From: Polyangiaceae bacterium
GTDB lineage: Bacteria; Myxococcota_A; Polyangia; Polyangiales; Polyangiaceae
Length of the DNA stretch: 64,000 nt
Direction of reading: 5' to 3'
Assembly (NCBI GenBank): GCA_035063585.1
Contig: JAPSGB010000001.1
Location: 96,001 to 160,000 of the forward strand
Position numbers and translations under genes: made by a program. Below the pieces are notes generated by a model. The model saw only the letters and a program-made list of their open reading frames with translations, did not search any database and was not told the DNA's origin. Positions 16,999 to 25,999 of the stretch are shown in pieces. Position 1 is the stretch's first letter. Each line of letters starts with the position of its first letter.

Positions 16999-18522
16999 TC
17001 AGTGGGTAAACACGTCGACCTTTGACAACAACGATGCATTCCCCTGCGACCATGTCGCGTCGGCCGTAGCGCCCGGCTGGGTGCTTGACGTCGCGAATCC
17101 CCGACTGATCAGCTTCGACCAAGAGGACGTATTGGTGCCACAAGAACCGCTTGGCGGCGTCATGTTGTAGTCCTTGCAATGATCGTAGGGTGTGCAGAGA
17201 ATGTGCGTGCGGGGACCATTCATTATTGAATGACCACAGAACGTCGGGTCGGTGGTACCATTCCAGCTGTATTCGTCGGAAGTTGCAGAGCCGAATAGGG
17301 AGAACAAGGCATGTCCGAGTTCATGTGCATTTACGACAGGAGCCCAGAGATCTTTCCAATAGCTCGCGCATTCGAATGCCGGAAGCATCGACGCTCCGCC
17401 TAGCGATGAAGTCTGCGTTCCGCACGGATTCAGCCCGTCTGGGTTCCGGATGCATATCTTGCAACCGGTGCTGTAATAGTTGTAACAATTGTCGGTCATC
17501 GTCCCGTGTTCATCGTATAGCTGAGGGATCAGATAGACGTTGTATTGATTAATAAACTGGTTTCCGTTTGTGGCATTCAGCACAGCTACTGAAGTTGCTT
17601 TCATACGAGCGATGAAGTCATTCCACGACGGCTGCCCTACCCACGAAACCTGTGTACACACGTTGATGGAGCGCGTCTGTTTGACTTGATAAGCATGCAA
17701 GGAGAAATGCCCAGCTCCACTGTGGGACACAACCCCAATGTAGATCGTCCTCGCGGCGCCTGTCGGATACACGGTGATGGACTCGTCAGCGGCCCCGGAG
17801 ATGCTCCAATCGCTCGCTGTGCCGGTCGAGTGCGGAAACGAGTTAGAAGTGGAAGTGTACAGATCGAAGTCCCCACCAGGTGTCGTCGCTAGATGGTCGA
17901 CTGTAATGATGAGCTTCGTGTTCGCCGGCTGCGTTACGTTGAAGTATAGAACATTGCTTGTGCCGGTGAGTATGCCATCGTAGCGCCGTGATGTAGAGAT
18001 CGGCTGGGAAGACGTGATGAAGAAGCCGGAGGAACACTGCAACTGCACGGAGTCGAGCGTCTGGCGGCGCGCATATCTACCGACATTTCCATCGGCGAAC
18101 CAGCCGAGGTAAAACATCTTGGCGCCGTAGTTGGCCGTCGGTGCCGGCGTCCAACCTGATCCGGGGAGGTAGCCAGCATTGATAAAGCCCGTCAGTTGGT
18201 TGTACTCGAGGTTGTCCCCGAGGGCGAACATGTAGTCGTAGTTGGGCTCGGTCCAGAAGTACGGCTGTGCGACGCGAGCACGGAGCTTGGCCACGCTGGG
18301 CTGCATGTAGAGGCCCCAGCCGTAGTTCGTGTTGTTCCCGTAGTCAGTAGTTTGGTTGGTATCGACAGGGAAACGCTCGGTCGTTATCCGCACGGGAATG
18401 TCGGTGCCCCAAGCTCCATTCGGGCACGACTGAGCCGCCGCGGGCGCACTTGCAAGGACTCCCTCCAGAGTTGTCAGGACGAGCGACAGCCGTGACCAGG
18501 CGGATCCGGAACGCCAATGCAT
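16999..18522 (-). CDS. Secreted zinc metalloprotease with CUB-like, PPC-like and CLCA-like peptidase domains
   Basis: GAGGAGG SD; signal peptide ending AAA-Q; TEPNYDY (CUB-like); DFDLY...ESIT (PPC); HELGHALFSL...DEY...SIM. Confidence 0.8.
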   Translation of the reverse strand: MHWRSGSAWSRLSLVLTTLEGVLASAPAAAQSCPNGAWGTDIPVRITTERFPVDTNQTTDYGNNTNYGWGLYMQPSVAKLRARVAQPYFWTEPNYDYMFALGDNLEYNQLTGFINAGYLPGSGWTPAPTANYGAKMFYLGWFADGNVGRYARRQTLDSVQLQCSSGFFITSSQPISTSRRYDGILTGTSNVLYFNVTQPANTKLIITVDHLATTPGGDFDLYTSTSNSFPHSTGTASDWSISGAADESITVYPTGAARTIYIGVVSHSGAGHFSLHAYQVKQTRSINVCTQVSWVGQPSWNDFIARMKATSVAVLNATNGNQFINQYNVYLIPQLYDEHGTMTDNCYNYYSTGCKICIRNPDGLNPCGTQTSSLGGASMLPAFECASYWKDLWAPVVNAHELGHALFSLFGSATSDEYSWNGTTDPTFCGHSIMNGPRTHILCTPYDHCKDYNMTPPSGSCGTNTSSWSKLISRGFATSSTQPGATADATWSQGNASLLSKVDVFTH

Positions 18523-18801
18523 GACCTCCTCCTCAGCACGCGTATATCAGGTCTCTCGGTGAGTGTCGAGGTAGTTGTCGCACGTGATGTGTCTACGCCG
18601 CGCTCCGGGCGGCGTCCTCCTTCCTCCGCGGGGGGCGCGGCCGATTGAGCGTAACTGGGCCTACAGGGGCCCAGTCCCTGGTGGCGCGGATCCAGCGCTC
18701 GGGGTGGGCTCGACGGGCACGGTGACAGTACGAACTGTCGTAGAATTATCGCGGCGACGCTCTCGTGCGAGAGGTCGTCCTCGAAAACTCAACAAAATCA
18801 G

Positions 18802-18875
18802 CGCGCCCCGCAGGATTCGAACCTGCGACCACCGGATTCGAAGTCCGGTGCTCTATCCAGCTGAGCTAGGGGCGC
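18802..18875 (-). tRNA. tRNA-Arg(TCG)
   Basis: GCGCCCC/GGGGCGC acceptor stem, D-loop CTGGATA, anticodon arm CCGGA-CT TCG AA-TCCGG, GGTTCGAATCC; CCA not encoded. Confidence 0.96.
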
Positions 18876-19011
18876 TCGAGAGGTCCCTCACATATTAGCG
18901 GGTCGGGGCTCGGTCAAGCGCGGACTCCGCGCGGCAGCGCGCGTGCGGATGAGCGGGTGAATTTCCGCGGATTCCGCGGTCGCGATGCCTCGAGGGCGGC
19001 GCTGAGCTAGC

Positions 19012-20676
19012 GTGGCGGCGATGCCGAGCGCCTCCGTCCCGCCCTCCGCGCGCGCGGTGGACACGCTCGCGCGGCCGCGCATCGGGGACCCGGATTTCTG
19101 GCTCTCCATCGCGTGTTGGCTGGTGGTCGCGCTCTCGGCGCTCCAGATCCTCCTCTTCTCCTTCGGGCGAGATCAGAGCATCTACGCCGTGGTCGGCGAC
19201 GGGATCTTGCACGGAAAGATGCCGTACCGGGACCTCTGGGACTTCAAGCCACCGGGCATCTTCCTCATCTACGCGGCCGCGGAGCAGCTCTTCGGGCGCA
19301 CCATGCTCGCGCCGCGCCTCCTCGAGGTGGCGGGGCTCGTGGGCGCCGTGTTCGGGCTCCGGCGGCTCGCGCACGTCTTCTTCGGGATGCGGCGCATCGG
19401 CCTGGTGGGCGGCGCGGTCGCGGCGCTCACCCACGCGCAGCTCGAGTTCTGGCACACGGGGCAGCCCGAGGCGTTCGGCGGTTTTCTCACCATCTACGCG
19501 CTGGTGCTCACGGTGAGCGAGTACGCACCCGGGCGACGCGCGCTCGCGTGGGCTGGCGCCGGTGCGCTCTTCGGTGCGGCGTTCCTCTTGAAGCCGCCGC
19601 TCGGCGGCGGCGCGCTCGTGTGCGCGGTATACCTCGCGCGACGTGAGTGGGTGCGGACCGGGAGCGCGCGCGCCGCGGCCTGGCCCGTCGTCGTGGTCGG
19701 GCTCGCGAGCCTCGCGCCGCTCCTCGCCACCGCGATGTGGTTCCGCGCCGCCGGCGCGTGGGAGGCGCTCCGCTGGACGTTCGCCGACTTCACCCCCGGC
19801 TACACGAAGCTCGGGTGGGCGGGCTCGAGCGCGGGCGGGATGTTCTATCACGCGCTCACGCTCGCCTTCACTCACTACTCGGCGCTCGCGCTCTTCGGCG
19901 TGGTCGCAGCCATCGCCATGCGAGCCATCCACACCCGCGAGCGCGAGGGGCTCGGGCTCATCCTCGGGGTGGTGAGCATCCACCTGACCGGGATCGCGAT
20001 GCAGGGGAAGTTCTTCCAGTATCACTTCTCGGCGACGCTCCCGCTCGTCGCCTTCATCGCCGGGCTCGGGCTCTACAAGCTCTGGCGGCGCTGCCTGCCG
20101 GGCGGCGCCGGCGGCGTGGTCGCGTTCGCTTCGTTCGTGGTCGTCGCGGTCTCGATGCGCCAAGCGGTGAACGATCTCCCGCACGGCTCCTTCTGGGAGC
20201 GGAGCCGAGTCCGCCTCGCGTCGCTCCTCGCCGAGCATGGGTCGGGCTCGCGCGTGCTCCTCGATCGCGACCTCTACTACGTCGCGGACTATGACCTCGA
20301 CGCTGATCGGCGCGTGGCGCTGGAGCTCGAGGCGCACACCTCGCCGAGCGCCAAGATCTTCGTATGGGGCTTCGAGCCGGGCATCTATTGGCTCTCGAAC
20401 CGCGAGCCCGCCTCGCGCTTCATCTACGACGTTCCGCAGCGGGTGAGCTGGCAGCGCGAGAGCGCGCGAGCGAGCCTCATGGAAGATCTGCGCCGAAATC
20501 CACCGGCGATGATCGTGGTGCAGCGAAATGACGTCTTCCCGTTCGTGACCGGCGACAACGTCGACTCTGCAGGCGCGCTCGCAGGGTTCCCGGCGCTCGA
20601 CGCGCTGGTACGCGACCACTACCGGCGTATGAGCGAGCTCGAGGACTTCACTCTCTATCAGCGCCTCGACGAGTAA
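19012..20676 (+). CDS. GT-C superfamily (ArnT/PMT_2-like) membrane glycosyltransferase
   Basis: GRDQSIY...G.MPYRDLWDFKPPG first loop, many TM helices, soluble C-terminal domain. Confidence 0.85.
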   Translation: MAAMPSASVPPSARAVDTLARPRIGDPDFWLSIACWLVVALSALQILLFSFGRDQSIYAVVGDGILHGKMPYRDLWDFKPPGIFLIYAAAEQLFGRTMLAPRLLEVAGLVGAVFGLRRLAHVFFGMRRIGLVGGAVAALTHAQLEFWHTGQPEAFGGFLTIYALVLTVSEYAPGRRALAWAGAGALFGAAFLLKPPLGGGALVCAVYLARREWVRTGSARAAAWPVVVVGLASLAPLLATAMWFRAAGAWEALRWTFADFTPGYTKLGWAGSSAGGMFYHALTLAFTHYSALALFGVVAAIAMRAIHTREREGLGLILGVVSIHLTGIAMQGKFFQYHFSATLPLVAFIAGLGLYKLWRRCLPGGAGGVVAFASFVVVAVSMRQAVNDLPHGSFWERSRVRLASLLAEHGSGSRVLLDRDLYYVADYDLDADRRVALELEAHTSPSAKIFVWGFEPGIYWLSNREPASRFIYDVPQRVSWQRESARASLMEDLRRNPPAMIVVQRNDVFPFVTGDNVDSAGALAGFPALDALVRDHYRRMSELEDFTLYQRLDE

Positions 20677-20691
20677 GAGACGCTTCGCTCG

Positions 20692-22902
20692 TCACTCGAG
20701 CGTGAGCAACACCCGCTCTGGCGGTCCCTCGACCGGCACGGGCAGCGGCTCGGATTTCCTGCTGTGCCAGTAGCCGTAGAAGCGCACGCGACCGCCGCGT
20801 CGGCGCAGCTCTGCGGAGAGCGTGTAGATGAAGCCGCGCCGCCACAGCTCGGGCGCGAGCGGGAACCCGCCAGCGACGCGTCGCTCTCTCGCGTCGGCCG
20901 GGAGCCCGCTCAGCACGGGCGCGCGCTCCATCACCTCGCGGAGGCGAAACTCGAGCTCACCGGGCATGGGTCCGGGAGCCTTGAAGTACAAGGTGAGCCG
21001 CGGTGCGGGCCCCGCGTCGAGCACCTGTCCGAGCAACGTGACGCCGTCGTCATAAGCGATCGCGGTGGAGCGGTCGAGCTCGGCGAGCAGCTCGCTCTCC
21101 AGCTGGTCCGCGATACCCGTCTCGCCGGACTCCACCGCGATGTTGAACGCGACGCGCCGCTGCTCGCGAGTGCGCGCGTGGCCGTCGGGCGGCGGGTTCG
21201 GCGTCTGCGCGAAGTGCGCGCGGAGCTCCCAGGTGAGCCAGGCGTCTCTTCGGATCTCGAGCGCCGGCTCGTCCGGCAGCCGAAAGTAGCCCTCGAGGAG
21301 GCCGGGCGCCCGCCGCTCGAAGACGTATCCCTCGAGGAGCGCGCGCGGGGCGCCGTGGTCGACGAGCCAGAACGGCCCGGCCACGTCCACCGCCGCCGAG
21401 CGCGCGAGCTCGGTGAGCCGTGCCGACTTCGCGGCGCGTGAGTCGAGCAAGGTGAAGCCGGCCGAGCTCCGGCCCTTCTTGCCGACGATGGGCTGCCCCA
21501 CGTTCCACGCGTCCGAGAGCTCGCGCCCGAGGCCAGCGCCGAGCGCGACGGTGGTCGGGCCGGCGGTGCGACCACGAAGCCAAAGGAGCGCGGCTGTGCG
21601 CTCGGGCGCGCGATCGAGCAGGAGCCCGTCAGAGCCGGCGCGGAGCGCCAGATGCCGCGCCGCGCCCGCCGCCGCGCGGCGCTCGACGGCGATGAGGAGC
21701 GGCGCGGCGAGCAGCACGCCGAAGATGGCGGACGGGACCGTGAGCGACGATGGGCGACGGCCGAGCCGGCGCATGAGCCAGCGCGCCGCGTCGAGCGCGG
21801 TCGCGGCGAGCACACCGAGCCCCAGCGCGAAGGCGGGCGCGAAGTAGAAGGGCCAGAAGACGCGCACGCCGTCCGACGGCGACACCCAGCGATGATCCGC
21901 GACGGCCATGGCGAGCACCGCGAGCACGATGAGCTCGGGCTCGCGACGAGCCAACAAGACCCTCCCGAGGGTGAGCGGGAGCGCGAGCCAGCCGATCCAG
22001 ATCGCGAGCGGCGTGAGCGAGACAGCCTGCCAGTAGTCGCGGCGCAGGAGCTCCGCCGCGCTCGGTATGGCGCTCGCGCGCATCCGCTCGAGCGCGCCCG
22101 TAAGGAAGCCGGGGAGCGCTCCCGCCTTGTGGAGCAGCGCGGCGTGAGCGAGGAAGGCGAGGATGGTGAGACCACCGGCGAGCGCCCACCACTCGGCGAA
22201 GCGCCGCGCATCGACGGGTGGGAAGTAGCGACGGAGCGGCGTGCTGCTCCGTACCAAGGACCAGCCGAGCATGACGGCCATGAACGCGTACGCGCACCAG
22301 TCGGAGGTCACCGCTACGGCGAGCCCGGCGAGCGTCACCGCGAGCCAGCGTCTCCGCCAGGTCTGCTGCATCCTGAGATAGCCCCACGCCGAGGTGAGCA
22401 CGCCGGCCACGGCGAGGGTCGCGGCGGCGTCGCAAGTTGCGTAGGCCGCGATCACCGGCAAGGCCGCGAAGGTGAGCGCGGCGAGGGCGGCGGAGACGGG
22501 GCCAAAGAGCGCGCGAGACACCGCGTGGAGCAGCGGCGGGATCGCGAGGCAGCCGAGCGCGGCGGGGAGCCGGAGCGCGAGCGCGCTCGTGCCGCCGAGC
22601 TTCACGACCAGCGCAGAGAGGAAGAACGGGCCGAGCGGCCGCTGCCAGGCGTACTCCGACACGGCGGGCGAGCTCACCGTGTAGTGGGTGACCGGGGCGA
22701 GGAGGTGATGATGCCAGGCGTTGTCGGCAGCCACGCCGAGGCTGGCGGGCAGGCCGGCGAGCCCGACGCCGAGCGGCCCCGCGATCCCACGCAGCGCCAC
22801 GCTCGCGACCCAAGCGGTGGCGAGCGCGGTGACGACGCGCGCGGCGCGCTCGACCCGGGGGTCGGCCGCGGGGAGACCGCGCGCGTCAGCCTGGTCGACC
22901 AT
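20692..22902 (-). CDS. GT-C (PMT_2/GT39-like) membrane protein, paralogue of 23771-25969
   Basis: Many TM helices; shares QTWRRR, VDARRF..WW, TWELR.HF.Q and W..GFIY with the paralogue. Confidence 0.75.
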   Translation of the reverse strand: MVDQADARGLPAADPRVERAARVVTALATAWVASVALRGIAGPLGVGLAGLPASLGVAADNAWHHHLLAPVTHYTVSSPAVSEYAWQRPLGPFFLSALVVKLGGTSALALRLPAALGCLAIPPLLHAVSRALFGPVSAALAALTFAALPVIAAYATCDAAATLAVAGVLTSAWGYLRMQQTWRRRWLAVTLAGLAVAVTSDWCAYAFMAVMLGWSLVRSSTPLRRYFPPVDARRFAEWWALAGGLTILAFLAHAALLHKAGALPGFLTGALERMRASAIPSAAELLRRDYWQAVSLTPLAIWIGWLALPLTLGRVLLARREPELIVLAVLAMAVADHRWVSPSDGVRVFWPFYFAPAFALGLGVLAATALDAARWLMRRLGRRPSSLTVPSAIFGVLLAAPLLIAVERRAAAGAARHLALRAGSDGLLLDRAPERTAALLWLRGRTAGPTTVALGAGLGRELSDAWNVGQPIVGKKGRSSAGFTLLDSRAAKSARLTELARSAAVDVAGPFWLVDHGAPRALLEGYVFERRAPGLLEGYFRLPDEPALEIRRDAWLTWELRAHFAQTPNPPPDGHARTREQRRVAFNIAVESGETGIADQLESELLAELDRSTAIAYDDGVTLLGQVLDAGPAPRLTLYFKAPGPMPGELEFRLREVMERAPVLSGLPADARERRVAGGFPLAPELWRRGFIYTLSAELRRRGGRVRFYGYWHSRKSEPLPVPVEGPPERVLLTLE

Positions 22903-23003
22903 GCCGCGCGGAGGCTATCAGAGTCGGCAGCGCGGCGTCGAACCCGGGGCGCGCGCCTCGCTGTTCACCGCGAGGGATCGGCGCTATAGGTGCCGCTCCG
23001 AGC

Positions 23004-23759
23004 ATGAAGGAGCACACCGAGAGCGCCGGCTCGCGACTCGGCGAGGGGACGTTGATCGTCACGCCGACCTACAACGAGCGCGACAACCTCGAGAGGTTCC
23101 TCGCCTCGGTGCTCCGGGTCGCGCCGGGCGCGCACGTCCTCGTGGTAGACGACGCCTCACCGGACGGCACCGGCGAGCTCGCCGACCGCCTCGCCGAGGC
23201 GGACCCGCGCGTCCGCGTGATGCATCGCCCGGGCAAGCGCGGGCTCGGCACGGCTTACGTCGAAGGTTTCCGCAAGGGACTCGACGAGGGCTACCGCTTC
23301 TTCTTCGAGATGGACGCGGATCTCTCGCACGATCCCATCTACCTGCCGGCCTTCTTCGCGGCGTTCGACCGCGGCGCGGACGTGGTGGTCGGCTCGCGCA
23401 ATATCCCGGGCGGCGGCGTGGAGGGCTGGGGCCTCGGCCGCACCGTCTTGAGCAAGGGAGGCTCGATCTACTCGCGAGTGATCCTGGGGGTGGGCGTCCG
23501 TGATCTGACCACCGGTTACAAGGGGTTTACTCGGCGCGCGCTCGAGCTCATCGAGCTCGAGCAGGTGCGCTCGAACGGCTACTCGTTCCAAATCGAGACG
23601 ACCTACCGCGCGCTCCGTCGCGGGCTCCGCGTGCGCGAGGTGCCCATCGTCTTTTTCGACCGGCGCGCGGGCAAGAGCAAGATGAGCCGCCGCGTGTTCG
23701 CCGAGGCGGTCAGCATGGTGTGGAAGCTCCGGCTCGCCGCGCTGCGCGGCGCGCTATAG
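23004..23759 (+). CDS. Polyprenol-phosphate glycosyl (mannosyl) synthase, DPM1/Ppm1-like GT2
   Basis: PTYNERDN, VDDASPDGT, GLGTAY, EMDADLSH, DLTTGYK, GYSFQIE. Confidence 0.93.
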   Translation: MKEHTESAGSRLGEGTLIVTPTYNERDNLERFLASVLRVAPGAHVLVVDDASPDGTGELADRLAEADPRVRVMHRPGKRGLGTAYVEGFRKGLDEGYRFFFEMDADLSHDPIYLPAFFAAFDRGADVVVGSRNIPGGGVEGWGLGRTVLSKGGSIYSRVILGVGVRDLTTGYKGFTRRALELIELEQVRSNGYSFQIETTYRALRRGLRVREVPIVFFDRRAGKSKMSRRVFAEAVSMVWKLRLAALRGAL

Positions 23760-23770
23760 AGGGGGCCCGA

Positions 23771-25969
23771 GTGGAAGGCCTGCCCCCCGCGGATCGACGG
23801 GTCGAGCGCGTCGCGCGCGTGATCGCGGGGGCCGCGGTGGTGTGGTTCGCGGTGGCCGTCTCCTGGCAAATCGCGGGGCCGTTCGGAGCCGGCCACGTCG
23901 CGGCCACCGCGGCGCGCGGGATCATGGCCGAGAACATGCAGCAGTGGAGCCTCTGGGCTCCGGTGCGCTCGTACACGCTCACCGCGCCCGATCCGTCCCT
24001 CTATTACGCGCACCACCCCTGGGGGATCTTTTGGCTCACCAAGCTCATCTACGAGCTCTTCGGGCGCCACGATTTCGTCTGCCGGCTCGCGCCCGTGCTC
24101 GAGAGCGTCGGGACCGCGCTGCTCTCGTACGGGCTCGGCCGCGCGCTCTGGGGGCCAGTCGCGGGCGCGCTCGCCGCCTGCGCGTACGTGGTCCTGCCCA
24201 TCACGCTCAGCTTCGCGAACTTCAACGGCTTCGAGGTGCCGCTGGTGTTCGGCATGATGCTCACCACCTGGGGTTACGTGCGCTTCGCGCAGACCTGGCG
24301 GCGTCGCTTCATGATGGTGAGCTTGGTCGGGCTCGCGTTCACGGTGAACACCGACTGGGAGTCGCTGGTGTTCGCCGGCTTCCTGCTCGGCGTCCTGATG
24401 GTGACCGGGCTCCTCGCGCCGGTGCGATGGTTCGGCGGGGTCGACGCGCGCCGCTTCGGCCAGTGGTGGATGCTCGGGACCAGCATCGCGGTCGGCACGG
24501 TGGTGGGATACCTCGCGCTCTTTCACCTCTACGGCGCGCTCCCCGACTTGTTCGCTCAGAGCGAGCACCGCTCGTCGGGCAACGCGTCGCCGCTCGCGGC
24601 GGTGCTCGAGTCGCGCTCGTACTGGATCGAGCTGATGTTCACGCCGCCCGCGATCCTGGTCGGCAAGCTCGGAGTGGTGCTGCTCGGCCTGCGCGTCCTG
24701 CTTCGTCGCCGCGTGCTCGAGCTCTTGCCCTTCGGCATGCTCGCCGCGGCGACCTTCGAGTACGTCTACTTCAAGCAGGGCGCGGACATCCACATCTACT
24801 GGCCCCTGCCCTTCGCGCCGATGTTCGCGCTCGGCCTCGCGGTCCTCGCGGTGAGCTTGGAGGAGACCGCGCGATGGCTCGTCGCGCGGCTGGGCAGGCG
24901 CGAGCCTGGCGTCTGGCTGCCCTTCACGCTCCTCGGCGCGCTCAGCCTCATCCCGTTCTCGATGGTGCGGGACGCGGTCACCATCTACGCGTATGGTCGT
25001 GACACCGGAAATCGCTTCGATGAGGGCGGCCGCGTCGTCTACCAGGATCTCGACAAGCACGCGTCGCTCGCCTGGATCCACGACCGGCTCGAGGGGCAGA
25101 GCCGCGTCGATCTCGATAGCAACATGCACTACGACTGGTCGCAGGAGTGGACGCTCGGTCGACCGCTCCGCATGGTCGCGCGCGTCCCTTCGGGGCCCGG
25201 GCCGGCGCCGAGCCGCTACTACGTCACCGACGCGCGGATGCTCGGCGCGAAGGACCAGCGGGCGATGGTCGAGCGGTTCCACGTCCAGGCGGTAGGGCCC
25301 ATCTGGTTCGTGGCTTACGACGATGCGGCCGCGCCCCTCGACGCGCTCGCGCTCGAGACCGAGAAGCCTAGTCTGTGGCAGTGGTACCTGCGTCACGGCA
25401 ACGATCCCATCTATCGCGTCACGCCGAGCGCGCTCCGCACCTGGGAGCTCCGCTATCACTTCGACCAGCCAGGCGAGCCGCCGGTCGGCCCGCCCGCGCG
25501 CACGCTCGAGGAGCTCCGGATCTTGCACAACGCCGCCCTGGCCCGCGAGGACACCGCGCGCGCCGAGGCGCTCGAGCGCGAGCTCGAGCAGCGGCTCGAC
25601 GTGCGCCCCGCCGCGGACTTCACCGACGGCACGCGTCTGCTCGGCGTGTCTTTCGACCCGACCGCGCGCTGCCTCGCCATCTTGTTCAAGGCGTCGGAGA
25701 CGCCGCCGGCGAGCGCGACCTTCGGCGTCCTCTCCTACGTCGAGAAGCCCATGCCCTGGTCACTGGTCCCTCCAGACCCGAAGGCGCGCGTGGTGGGCGC
25801 ACGCTTCGAGCTCGGCCCCGCGCTCTGGAAGCCCGGCTTCATCTACGCCGCTGAGATGGAGGTGCGCCCGCGCCCCGGCACCGAGTCCTGGTACGGCGCC
25901 TGGCGCGGCGCCGGCGCCCCGCGTCCGTCGGGCGGGGCCTCGCGGATCCTGCTCCTGACGGTGCGCTGA
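23771..25969 (+). CDS. GT-C (PMT_2/GT39-like) membrane glycosyltransferase
   Basis: YYAHHPWG loop motif, many TM helices, extracytoplasmic C-terminal domain; GTG start just after the upstream stop. Confidence 0.8.
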   Translation: MEGLPPADRRVERVARVIAGAAVVWFAVAVSWQIAGPFGAGHVAATAARGIMAENMQQWSLWAPVRSYTLTAPDPSLYYAHHPWGIFWLTKLIYELFGRHDFVCRLAPVLESVGTALLSYGLGRALWGPVAGALAACAYVVLPITLSFANFNGFEVPLVFGMMLTTWGYVRFAQTWRRRFMMVSLVGLAFTVNTDWESLVFAGFLLGVLMVTGLLAPVRWFGGVDARRFGQWWMLGTSIAVGTVVGYLALFHLYGALPDLFAQSEHRSSGNASPLAAVLESRSYWIELMFTPPAILVGKLGVVLLGLRVLLRRRVLELLPFGMLAAATFEYVYFKQGADIHIYWPLPFAPMFALGLAVLAVSLEETARWLVARLGRREPGVWLPFTLLGALSLIPFSMVRDAVTIYAYGRDTGNRFDEGGRVVYQDLDKHASLAWIHDRLEGQSRVDLDSNMHYDWSQEWTLGRPLRMVARVPSGPGPAPSRYYVTDARMLGAKDQRAMVERFHVQAVGPIWFVAYDDAAAPLDALALETEKPSLWQWYLRHGNDPIYRVTPSALRTWELRYHFDQPGEPPVGPPARTLEELRILHNAALAREDTARAEALERELEQRLDVRPAADFTDGTRLLGVSFDPTARCLAILFKASETPPASATFGVLSYVEKPMPWSLVPPDPKARVVGARFELGPALWKPGFIYAAEMEVRPRPGTESWYGAWRGAGAPRPSGGASRILLLTVR

Positions 25970-25999
25970 TCCTTGATAGGATGCGCGCCGGATCGCCCC

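Larger units (their letters stand above)
15294..18842. mobile_element. tRNA-Arg(TCG)-integrated genomic islet (~3.5 kb) without an intact integrase
   Basis: Flanking 42-bp direct repeats; cargo (about 15750-18800) is visibly more AT-rich than the flanks. Confidence 0.85.
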
